This document shows, in pieces, positions 48,092-56,423 of a stretch of 64,000 bases of DNA; within the stretch, counting starts at the first letter, position 1; each line of letters starts with the position of its first letter. This DNA is from Leptonemataceae bacterium (GTDB lineage: Bacteria > Spirochaetota > Leptospiria > Leptospirales > Leptonemataceae), in assembly GCA_965227295.1 (NCBI GenBank), contig OZ245742.1, positions 3,168,001-3,232,000 on the forward strand. Direction: 5' to 3'. Position numbers and translations under genes: made by a program. The notes beneath the pieces were generated by a model. It made no database searches. It had not been told where the DNA came from and saw nothing but the letters and a program-made list of their open reading frames with translations.

Positions 48092-49678
48092 TTACGCCGG
48101 CGGATGCTCATACAGCGGCACTTCCGGATTATTCTTCAGGAAGTTCTGCATGCGAAATTCGCTCTTAAACAGGACCACCGGCCGGTCCAGTTGATCCTTA
48201 ATGACCCAGTCGTAGCTTGAGAATTTATCGCGGTCTTCTTCGCGAATCCAGCGCGAGCACTCGTAGCCGAGCATCTCCACGCGGCACGGCGCGCCGTACT
48301 CGTCCTGCATACGAAACTGAAAGACGTCGAACTGAAGATTGCCCACCGCGCCGAGTACGCCCTGGCCGTCCGGGGACTGAAAGACCTGGACGACACCTTC
48401 CTCGGACAACTCTTGCAGTCCTTTGCGGAACTGTTTCAATTTGGAAGTATCCGTGGGAACCAGGCGTGCGAAGAGTTCCGGCGCGAACTGGGGAATCGAT
48501 TCAAACGACGGGGTGGGCCCCGAAGATAACACGTCACCGATTAAGAACGTGCCGGGGTTGATGAGGCCGATGATGTCGCCGGGATAGGCGATGTCCACCG
48601 TGTTGCGGTCCTGGCCGAAGAAGGCCACCGGCGAAGAGAGGCGTACGTTTTTCCCCAGGCGATCGTGGTTCACGGACATGCCCCGTTCAAAGACGCCGCT
48701 GGTAACGCGCAAAAAGGCGACGCGGTCGCGGTGCTTCTGGTTCATGTTGGCCTGGAGCTTGAAGATGAATCCCGTGAACCGACTGTCGGCCGGTGCTAAT
48801 GTTTCCTCAGAATCTTTTAAGGGCACCGGTCCGGGCGGCGGGCAGAGTTCCAGGAAACGATCGAGAAAGAGCTGTACGCCGAAGTTGTTCATGGCGGAGC
48901 CGAAGAAGACCGGAGTGATCTCGCCCTTGCGAAAGGCCTCCGGGTCGAACGGCGGCAGAGCCTCCTGCGCGAGCTCGGCCCCTTCTTTGAAGATTTCGTA
49001 GAGCTCCTCGTCCATGATGCTCGCGAGTTCCGGATCGTCGAGGCCCGAGGTTTCTTCCGGCGCCATGTAGGCTCCGCCCACCGTACGTTCGAAACGATGC
49101 ACCAACTGCGAACTGAGATCGTAGACGCCCTTGAAGTCACGCCCTGAACCCATGGGCCACAGCATGGGCGAGGCGGTAATGCCCAGGACCTTTTCGATGT
49201 TGTCCATCAACTCGAAGGGATCCAGGGCGGGCATGTCCATCTTGTTGATGAACGTGACGATGGGGATGCGGCGTTCCTGGCAGACGCGAAAGAGTTTGAT
49301 CGTTTGCGGCTCCACGCCCTTGCCCGCGTCGAGCAACATCACGGCGGCGTCCACGGCCATGAGCGTACGGTACGTATCCTCGGAGAAGTCTTCGTGGCCG
49401 GGGGTGTCGAGGAGGTTCAGGATGTGGTCTTCGTAGCCGAATTGCAGGGCGGCGGTGCTCACGGAGATGCCGCGTTCCTGTTCCATTTTCATCCAGTCCG
49501 ACTTCGTTTTCTTGCGGTCCTTGCGTGCGCGCACGTGGCCGGCCAGGTGAATGGCGCCGCCGTACAACAGGAGCTTCTCGGTCAACGTCGTCTTGCCGGC
49601 GTCGGGGTGTGCAATGATTGCGAATGCGCGCCTTTTTTTGATCTCGGCGGCGATTTTAGGATCGGTGGCGGTGCTCAT
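48092..49678 (-). CDS. prfC: Peptide chain release factor 3
   Basis: RRAFAIIAHPDAGKTTLTEKLLLYG, SDWMKMEQERGIS, DTPGHEDFSEDTYR, GAVGNLQF. Confidence 0.97.
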   Translation of the reverse strand: MSTATDPKIAAEIKKRRAFAIIAHPDAGKTTLTEKLLLYGGAIHLAGHVRARKDRKKTKSDWMKMEQERGISVSTAALQFGYEDHILNLLDTPGHEDFSEDTYRTLMAVDAAVMLLDAGKGVEPQTIKLFRVCQERRIPIVTFINKMDMPALDPFELMDNIEKVLGITASPMLWPMGSGRDFKGVYDLSSQLVHRFERTVGGAYMAPEETSGLDDPELASIMDEELYEIFKEGAELAQEALPPFDPEAFRKGEITPVFFGSAMNNFGVQLFLDRFLELCPPPGPVPLKDSEETLAPADSRFTGFIFKLQANMNQKHRDRVAFLRVTSGVFERGMSVNHDRLGKNVRLSSPVAFFGQDRNTVDIAYPGDIIGLINPGTFLIGDVLSSGPTPSFESIPQFAPELFARLVPTDTSKLKQFRKGLQELSEEGVVQVFQSPDGQGVLGAVGNLQFDVFQFRMQDEYGAPCRVEMLGYECSRWIREEDRDKFSSYDWVIKDQLDRPVVLFKSEFRMQNFLKNNPEVPLYEHPPA

Positions 49679-49687
49679 ATCTCGTTG

Positions 49688-49820
49688 GCCACAGAGGCAC
49701 AGAGTGCACAGAGAAATTTACATGATGCGAATGCGGGCGGGCTAAGCCGGCTGTCGGTCGGGCGAGCGCGATCGTCCACCCCATCAAACGCAAACTCTGT
49801 GTCCTCTGTGCCTCTGTGGC
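49688..49820. repeat. Family B palindromic element
   Basis: 26-bp terminal inverted repeats, GCCACAGAGGCACAGAGTGCACAGAG and CTCTGTGTCCTCTGTGCCTCTGTGGC (24/26 match). Confidence 0.85.
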
Positions 49821-49925
49821 AAAAGGTTGCAGAGGCTCCCGCCAGATTCGTTCCGGAAGGCCCACCGTCAATCGAATGCTTTTTTCCTGGCGTTGTGGTT
49901 CGCGCACCGTTATAATGGAGGAAGT

Positions 49926-50831
49926 ATGGAATCGTGGGAGCCGGAAGAGAGTTTCGAGAAGGCCGATTTTCCCGTTCGGAAGAAGAAGGCAAAGCCGTCG
50001 CAAAAGAAGGCCGCGCCGGAACAACGTCCCGCGCCGCCGCAGCGTCCCGCGCCGCCGCAGCGTCCGCCGCAGTCCTCCCGCCCGGCCCGGCCGGCATCTC
50101 CCACTCCGCCGCCGACCTCGCCGCCGGCCGGTTCCGATGAAAAGATTCGCATTGGTCAGTGGTCGCCGGACCTGGAGTTCGCTCAGGCCGACTTCAAGGG
50201 CGTGCCGAAAGAGGAGACCCTGGAAAGCGGCGACGACAAGCGCAGTGCCGACGCCATCCAGGATATTGCCCGGCGCGCGCAGCGGCCGAAGCCCGACTCC
50301 GATGCGCCTAAGCGTGCTCGTTCCTGGCAACCGCCCCGGGTGGATCGCAGCGACGAGGCCAGTCCCGGCAAGCCGTTGTTCCCGCGGGTCTCGGGTCAGG
50401 CAGCGAAACACGTGGTTCGCCGCAAAACGCCCGATCCGGACTCCGCCGTCCCGGCCAACGCGGCCTCCCGCTCCGCCGCGAAATCGGGCGCGCGGAACTC
50501 CCAGGCGGGACCGGGCTTCACGGAACGCATTCTACAGGAACTGGTCATCCTTCAGCGCGAGAACGCCCGCCACATCCTGCGTAACTGGTACTGGGAAAAA
50601 CAGAACATGGCCCCGGAGGGTTTGCGGCACATCGCCCCTTACGATCGCATTTTCATTGTGCTTTCCGGTCTGGGGCCGAAGGTCCTGGAAATTCTCTACG
50701 AGTCCATGACGCCCGCCGAGCGCCGGCAGATGCAGGAAATCCTCACCGAACCGCGCCGTCGTTCTCCCGCGGCGAATGAAATCATCACTGTACGAAATGC
50801 CTTCATGCAACTGATCCGCGGCGACGCGTAA
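49926..50831 (+). CDS. Hypothetical protein: Pro-rich disordered N-terminus, helical C-terminus weakly FliG-N-like
   Basis: TATAAT and GGAGG upstream; QRPAPP repeats; RIFIVLSGLGPKVLEILYESMTPAE. Confidence 0.65.
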   Translation: MESWEPEESFEKADFPVRKKKAKPSQKKAAPEQRPAPPQRPAPPQRPPQSSRPARPASPTPPPTSPPAGSDEKIRIGQWSPDLEFAQADFKGVPKEETLESGDDKRSADAIQDIARRAQRPKPDSDAPKRARSWQPPRVDRSDEASPGKPLFPRVSGQAAKHVVRRKTPDPDSAVPANAASRSAAKSGARNSQAGPGFTERILQELVILQRENARHILRNWYWEKQNMAPEGLRHIAPYDRIFIVLSGLGPKVLEILYESMTPAERRQMQEILTEPRRRSPAANEIITVRNAFMQLIRGDA

Positions 50832-50862
50832 ACTGATCTGTGTCAAATTTTGACAGCAGCGC

Positions 50863-50972
50863 CTCTTCGCGCCAGGGATACGGAGGGTCGCGAAGCGAGT
50901 CTTTGCGCAGCAAAGACCGGAGCGATAGCGGAGCCCGTAGCAGCCCGGTCGCCGCGCAGCGGCGAGGCGCCC
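50863..50972 (+). repeat. Family C structured repeat, copy 2
   Basis: Aligns with 37602-37715, with altered but still pairing hairpins. Confidence 0.85.
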
Positions 50973-51040
50973 CTGAAAAAAGAACCTGCATTTCCAGTGG
51001 AAATCTACCACGTAAACTTTGTATCAGGTAATACTAGTTT

Positions 51041-51143
51041 GGGCGTTCCCCTTCGCGCTGCGCGCTCCGGGGCGCGCTTTCGGCGGGGAACCAACTGGCG
51101 CAGCCCCGACAAGCGGGCCACCCCTCCAATCCCTAACGCAAGA
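51041..51143 (-). repeat. Family C-related repeat, copy 3 (inverted)
   Basis: Minus strand begins TCTTGCGTTAGGGATTGGAGGGG and ends GGGGAACGCCC, matching the ends of copies 1 and 2. Confidence 0.6.
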
Positions 51144-51252
51144 ATTGACATACGGGTGCGGCCCGCCGGCCCGGCAGCGGACGGAATCACCATCCCGATG
51201 CCTCCCGCACTCGCTTGACCGGCCCACGGCTTTTCAGATCTTGTTCCAATAT

Positions 51253-52737
51253 ATGGCCAGAAGACAGATTCGCACCGGCGTCATTGCGGCGGCGGGCAAA
51301 GGTACCCGCGCGTATCCCCGGACGTCGTTCATCCCCAAGCCCCTGTTTGAATTCGAACACGTGACCCTGCTCGAACGCAACGTCGAGATCCAGTTCAAAA
51401 AAATCGGCGTGAAACGGGTCATCGTCCTGGTGGGCCATCTCCAGGAACACGTCATCGCCGAGGTGGATCGCATTCGCCGGAAATTCCCGGGCCTGGAAAT
51501 CGAAACGGCGCAGTGGACGAAGCAGGGCCTGGGCGCCGACGTCGCCTCGCTCCGGGATCGTATTGACGGGGATTTTTCGCTGATTCTGGGCGACGAGTTC
51601 TACTATGACACGAACCACGACCTCTTAAAGAAACTCTGGGCCGGCAAACCGAAGTCGGATTGCCTCATCGCGGTGCTGCCGTCGCTCTTCGTTTCGGACA
51701 TCCGTAAAAACTACTCCGTAGAACTTAAGGGCACCCGGGTGGTGGACCTGGTGGAAAAACCTCAGGACCCGCCGAACAATCTACTCGGCCTGGGCTCCTA
51801 CGTATTCTCGCAGCGCTACTTCGAGTACTTCGACAAAACACCGCCCTCGGAACGCAGCGGCGTCGTGGAGCTCACCGAGGTCATCGATCTCATGTCCCGC
51901 GAACTGGAAGTCCACGGTGCTAAGTTAACCGGGCGTTACTTTAACATCAACTCGCTGGCGGACTACTACGCCGCGAACTACATGATCCGCACCGAGAAGT
52001 TCAACCAGTACCGAATCTCCATGGTCATTCCCGCGCTGAACAACGCGGCGACGCTGCCGGACGTGCTCAGCGATTTTCAAAAGCACGTGGACGACATTGT
52101 CGTGGTGGACATGGGTTCCACCGACGGCACGCCGGATCTTGTTAAAAAAGTGAAGGCGCCGAAGGGCAAGACGTTACGCGTATTCAAAGAAAGCGTTCCG
52201 GCGGAACATGCCGGCGTGAACTACGCCCCCGCCATTTACGGCGCCATGCATCAGTGTAAGGGCGACATTATCGTCGTGGCGCCGGCGGACGGTTCCTTTC
52301 GTGTCGTGGACCTGCCGAAGCTGCTCGAGTACTTAAAGGACTCCGACATGGCCGTGGGCACGCGCACCACGCGACAGCTCATGGAACAGGGTTCGAACCT
52401 GAGCGGCCTGTACCGCTGGCTGAACGTCTTCTTCGGGAAACTGGTGGAGATTCTCTGGTGGGGCCAGGAGCCGCGCTTTACGGACATCGGCTGCATCTAT
52501 CGCGCCATCTGGAAGGAATCGTTTAAGAAGATCGCGCCGGAGCTGAACGCGAAGAACAAAACGTTCTCGCTCGAAATGATGATCGAGATCATGCGTTATC
52601 ACATGCGGGTCATCGAAGTGCCGGTTTCGTTCTACAAACGCTACGGCTCAGTGCAGGAAGAGACCATGGGCGACAAGTGGCGCTACTTCTTCTCGGTGCT
52701 GCGCATGATCTTCGTGCGCAAGTTTCTGAAGAAGTAA
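51253..52737 (+). CDS. Sugar-phosphate nucleotidyltransferase fused to a GT2 glycosyltransferase
   Basis: AAGKGTR.YP..PKPL, ILGD, VEKP; C-terminal VIPALN..VVDMGSTDGT..ADGS..GTR..TDIGC.YR. Confidence 0.88.
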   Translation: MARRQIRTGVIAAAGKGTRAYPRTSFIPKPLFEFEHVTLLERNVEIQFKKIGVKRVIVLVGHLQEHVIAEVDRIRRKFPGLEIETAQWTKQGLGADVASLRDRIDGDFSLILGDEFYYDTNHDLLKKLWAGKPKSDCLIAVLPSLFVSDIRKNYSVELKGTRVVDLVEKPQDPPNNLLGLGSYVFSQRYFEYFDKTPPSERSGVVELTEVIDLMSRELEVHGAKLTGRYFNINSLADYYAANYMIRTEKFNQYRISMVIPALNNAATLPDVLSDFQKHVDDIVVVDMGSTDGTPDLVKKVKAPKGKTLRVFKESVPAEHAGVNYAPAIYGAMHQCKGDIIVVAPADGSFRVVDLPKLLEYLKDSDMAVGTRTTRQLMEQGSNLSGLYRWLNVFFGKLVEILWWGQEPRFTDIGCIYRAIWKESFKKIAPELNAKNKTFSLEMMIEIMRYHMRVIEVPVSFYKRYGSVQEETMGDKWRYFFSVLRMIFVRKFLKK

Positions 52738-52761
52738 GGCCGTTGTTGCCAGGCGTTGCGA

Positions 52762-53637
52762 CTAAACCGATTTCAGAAACTCGACGATGAGTTCATTGAC
52801 CACCGCGGGGCGTTCGCGATGCAGGAAGTGCCCGGCACCGTCCACGCGCTCCACGCGTAAACCTTCCGGAAAGTTTTCCCATTCAAACATCGTATCGAAC
52901 ATGCGCGTATCGAGGCAGCCGTCCTTCGCTCCGGTGAGGGCCAGGGTGGGAACGTTTACCGGGCCGAAGAGCAGTTCGTAGCTATCCCGTCCCGCGGCGC
53001 TGAGAAAATCCAGGAGGGCGCGATAATAGGAAACAGCGGCCCCGGGAACGCCCGGTGAACGAAAGGCGGCCTTCACGGTTTCGAGTTCGTCCGCGGAGTA
53101 CTTCCAGCCGGGCGACCAATCATCCCAGAGCTTGTTGATGAGCGCGTAGTCGTCGTTCTTGAGGGCGTGCTCCGCCAGGAACGGCAACTGAAACAGCAGA
53201 ATATACCAGGACTTTAAGATCTGTTCGGGGTAAGTTACGAGACTGCAGAAGTAGTCGCGCAGGCCCGGGATGGCGAGCGACGTAAACGACAGGAAACGTT
53301 CCGGACGGCGCGCCGCCGCGGCGTAGGCGATGAGCGCGCCCCAGTCGTGGCCCACGAGGTGCGCACGTTCAATGCTGAGTTCGTCCAGCCAGGCGAAGAC
53401 GTCCCCGGCGACGGCGGACATGTGGTAATCGTTTTCGAGACTCTGGGACGATACCTCGTAGCCGCGAATCGTCGGAGCGATGGTGCGGAAGCCGGCGGTG
53501 TTTAAGGCCGGCACGAGCTTGTGAAAGCTATGCCGCGTGTCGGGAAAGCCGTGGAGCAACAGCACTGCCGGTCCGTCGTCGGGGCCGTCGATGTCCGCGG
53601 TAAAGCGCAGATTGTGATTGTGAAGGATGGTTGTCAT
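52762..53637 (-). CDS. Alpha/beta hydrolase (epoxide hydrolase-like)
   Basis: LLLHGFPD, VGHDWG, GAKDG, AGHF. Confidence 0.92.
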   Translation of the reverse strand: MTTILHNHNLRFTADIDGPDDGPAVLLLHGFPDTRHSFHKLVPALNTAGFRTIAPTIRGYEVSSQSLENDYHMSAVAGDVFAWLDELSIERAHLVGHDWGALIAYAAAARRPERFLSFTSLAIPGLRDYFCSLVTYPEQILKSWYILLFQLPFLAEHALKNDDYALINKLWDDWSPGWKYSADELETVKAAFRSPGVPGAAVSYYRALLDFLSAAGRDSYELLFGPVNVPTLALTGAKDGCLDTRMFDTMFEWENFPEGLRVERVDGAGHFLHRERPAVVNELIVEFLKSV

Positions 53638-53650
53638 ATCGTTCCAGCGT

Positions 53651-55657
53651 CTACGAGTCCTTTTCGTCCGTCGCGCCTTCCCGGGCTTCGCGGACTTTCT
53701 TGAGATACTCGCGGTCTTGTTTATGCAGGGCCTGCTTGCGAAAATACGGGAAGATGTAGTTCAGGATTTCCGTGAACGTAATCAGAATGCGTTCGCGGTT
53801 GTACTCCACCTGCACGTCGGCGAACTGTGAGATGGAATGTTTCAATGTCTCCATGGAGTTGCCGAAGTAGTACTGCTTGATCGAATCCACGCCGCGAACC
53901 AGGAGCGGAATCAAATGCACCCGCTCCGGTTTCAGCTCCTGCACGCAAAGCGTAATGGCCGTGATGGTATCCATGCCCTGGGGGACGACGCGGTTCTCGA
54001 ACCACTCCGGCAGGTCCTCGGGAATGTTCTCCTCGGGGTCCGTCTGGAAGTGGACGGCCAGGGGCATGTGTCCGCTCTTGATGTAGTTCTTCAGAAAGTG
54101 AATAACGCCCGGATGAAACTTCGAAATAAGCAGCATGTTCTTGCGGTCCACCGGCAGGCCGAAGAAGGCCGGGTAGTTCAACGCGAAGGCCAACGGTACC
54201 ATGTTCACCTTTTGTCGCCACAACCCGTAGACCGCCTCCGAGAACAGGAAGAGCACCATAAACAGCACCATGAGAATGACGATGAACCAGGCGCCCTCGA
54301 AGAACTTGTTGTACACGATGTTGATGAGCATGAACATCATGATCAAAAAGCCGATCACCGTCATGGCTGAAATCTTACGCGCGCGCAACTGGCGCAGCAG
54401 GTAGCTGGCGATGTCGATGGTCATGGCCGTGATGACGGCCAGGCCGTACATCGCTTCGATTTTGTGCGACGACGGAAAAAAGTACAGGATGATGAACGAC
54501 AGCACGCCGAGCAGGATCGTCGCCCGCGGATTATAAACGCCGTGATGACCGCCCAGACCGGCGACGGGTTTGGTGCGCCGCCAGGCCGTGTCGCCGATGC
54601 CCCGGGGAAAGAAGCCGGAACGGGACGCGCGCAGAATTTCCAGGGGAAAGTCCGACTGCGCCGTCTGGGCCGCGAGCAGGAGCATGACGGCGGTGAGCAC
54701 GCCGAAGGGCACGCCGAGGCTGTCCCCGCCCAGGGTCGTGGCGATTTGCAGAGGCACTAAGATGTGGCGGTCGTACGTTACGCCGAGACCCATGAAGTTG
54801 ATGAGCTGCATGGAGTAGGTCGTGAATACCAGGGCGTAGAGCATCCACATGGACACCCGGATGGCCTTGCCTTTGTGATACGGATAGTTGACCGAGGCGT
54901 AACCCACCTCGACGCCGGTGATCAGCGTCGCCCCGGCCGCCACCGCGGTAAAGATGACCGGCCAGAAGTCCGAGAACGTAGGGTTTTCGAGGATTTCCGG
55001 CGGGATGGTCGGCCAGACCCAGCCGTGAGTTGCGATGAAATAAATGCCGCTTCCCTGGATCAGCAGGTTGCTCACATAAAAGGCCACCACGGGCCAGATC
55101 ATGAACTTTGCTAAGTTTCCGAGACCGTATCTTTGTACGATCGAAAGCAGAAAGATGAACGAAACCGCCACCGGGAGCCGCTGCTCCACGGGAATGAAGT
55201 ACATGGCCTCCACGCCGGCGATCAACGAGATGGCCTGGGTGGCGGGGAAATCCGAGAGCAGCGACGACGTGCCCATCTTGCCCATGAACTGTACGGACTT
55301 CTTGAGCCAGGGCGTGCGAATCTGTTCGCTGGTGATGTGCGAAGAAACGAAGGCGCCGCCGCCGAGGACGCGGTGCACGTGATGCCGCGTCATGCTGTTG
55401 TATACGATGATGGCGATGAGGTAGACGCCCATCACGATGCCGCCGGCGATGAACGTGGCCACCATGCCCGTGCGAAAGTCGTTGGCGAAAAGGACGATGG
55501 TAATGGCGATGAGGGCGTCGGCACCGTAGGCCAGGGAGGAGCCGGGGTCCGTAAGGATCGTCGCGAAGATGAGGCGGATGTCCTGCCAGAGCGAAGGGGG
55601 CGGGCCGTCGTGGTGTTCGTCGTCGGAGGACGGAGGTGGTACGTGGTCGTCGCTCAT
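53651..55657 (-). CDS. APC-superfamily transporter, KimA/YdaO-like
   Basis: TDPGSSLAYG, GGGAF, TGVE, LAAQTA.SDFP, KFFEGAW; about 12 TMs plus a cytoplasmic C-terminal domain. Confidence 0.75.
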   Translation of the reverse strand: MSDDHVPPPSSDDEHHDGPPPSLWQDIRLIFATILTDPGSSLAYGADALIAITIVLFANDFRTGMVATFIAGGIVMGVYLIAIIVYNSMTRHHVHRVLGGGAFVSSHITSEQIRTPWLKKSVQFMGKMGTSSLLSDFPATQAISLIAGVEAMYFIPVEQRLPVAVSFIFLLSIVQRYGLGNLAKFMIWPVVAFYVSNLLIQGSGIYFIATHGWVWPTIPPEILENPTFSDFWPVIFTAVAAGATLITGVEVGYASVNYPYHKGKAIRVSMWMLYALVFTTYSMQLINFMGLGVTYDRHILVPLQIATTLGGDSLGVPFGVLTAVMLLLAAQTAQSDFPLEILRASRSGFFPRGIGDTAWRRTKPVAGLGGHHGVYNPRATILLGVLSFIILYFFPSSHKIEAMYGLAVITAMTIDIASYLLRQLRARKISAMTVIGFLIMMFMLINIVYNKFFEGAWFIVILMVLFMVLFLFSEAVYGLWRQKVNMVPLAFALNYPAFFGLPVDRKNMLLISKFHPGVIHFLKNYIKSGHMPLAVHFQTDPEENIPEDLPEWFENRVVPQGMDTITAITLCVQELKPERVHLIPLLVRGVDSIKQYYFGNSMETLKHSISQFADVQVEYNRERILITFTEILNYIFPYFRKQALHKQDREYLKKVREAREGATDEKDS

Positions 55658-55685
55658 ATTTTATTGTGCTGTGTTTTTTATTGAT

Positions 55686-56012
55686 TTACGCCTGGCGCCG
55701 ATTTTCGTCGCGGAGATACTCGCGGACGAGGAGGGCCATGCGTTTCGGGTCGGTTTCCAGGCGGTTCTTCATGCCGTCGAGCATTTCCCGGCGTTCGCGT
55801 TTGCTGAGTTTGGGAGCCGGAATGTACCCGGCTTTCCGGTTGTGGCCCGGGCCGGACCGGACCGCCGGCGCTTGCTGTCGCCGCGGGCTTCTCCGTCGCG
55901 GGGCCGGTCGGGGGCGTTCATGTTCGCCGGGGTTGCGTAAGCCCAGGGAGAGGGCCAGGGCCAGGAACATGCCGGCCAGGGCGATCAGCATGATCAACGA
56001 GGAAGTATCCAC
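55686..56012 (-). CDS. Small membrane-anchored hypothetical protein
   Basis: N-terminal TM, basic linker, DPKRMALLVREYL C-terminal helix. Confidence 0.6.
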   Translation of the reverse strand: MDTSSLIMLIALAGMFLALALSLGLRNPGEHERPRPAPRRRSPRRQQAPAVRSGPGHNRKAGYIPAPKLSKRERREMLDGMKNRLETDPKRMALLVREYLRDENRRQA

Positions 56013-56117
56013 ACGATTATTATAGAAGGCATCTCAGTACCGGCGAGGCGTTCAATCACTTTTAGGCGTGCTTGGATTTCCAATTGACTCCAGGCTGCGC
56101 ACCGATTCCCTGCAAAT

Positions 56118-56411
56118 ATGCTCACCGACGACGAGTTCCAGAATCTCGCCCGACTGGCCCGCCTCGATCCGGCCGACGCTTCCCTGGCGAACATCCGGGA
56201 CGACTTCAACAACATCCTCGATTACGTGAATCAGATCAACGCCGTCGACACTTCGTCCGTGGACGCGAGTTATTCTAAGTCGGAGACGCGCAATGCCGTG
56301 CGTGCGGACGATACCGGGGAAGTGCTCACGCCGCGCATCATCGGAACCTTTGCTCCGCAGTGGGAGGCCGGTCACTTCGTCGTGCCGGGTGTCCTTGATT
56401 CGGAGGGCTGA
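56118..56411 (+). CDS. gatC: Asp/Glu-tRNA amidotransferase subunit C
   Basis: LARLARL..ILDYV..VDT..R.D..AP..F.VP; directly upstream of gatA. Confidence 0.93.
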   Translation: MLTDDEFQNLARLARLDPADASLANIRDDFNNILDYVNQINAVDTSSVDASYSKSETRNAVRADDTGEVLTPRIIGTFAPQWEAGHFVVPGVLDSEG

Positions 56412-56423
56412 CGTCATCATCCT

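Noticed and set aside
50023..50075. 18-bp tandem repeat CGTCCCGCGCCGCCGCAG
   Set aside because: In-frame coding repeat (QRPAPP) in a low-complexity linker, not a separate element
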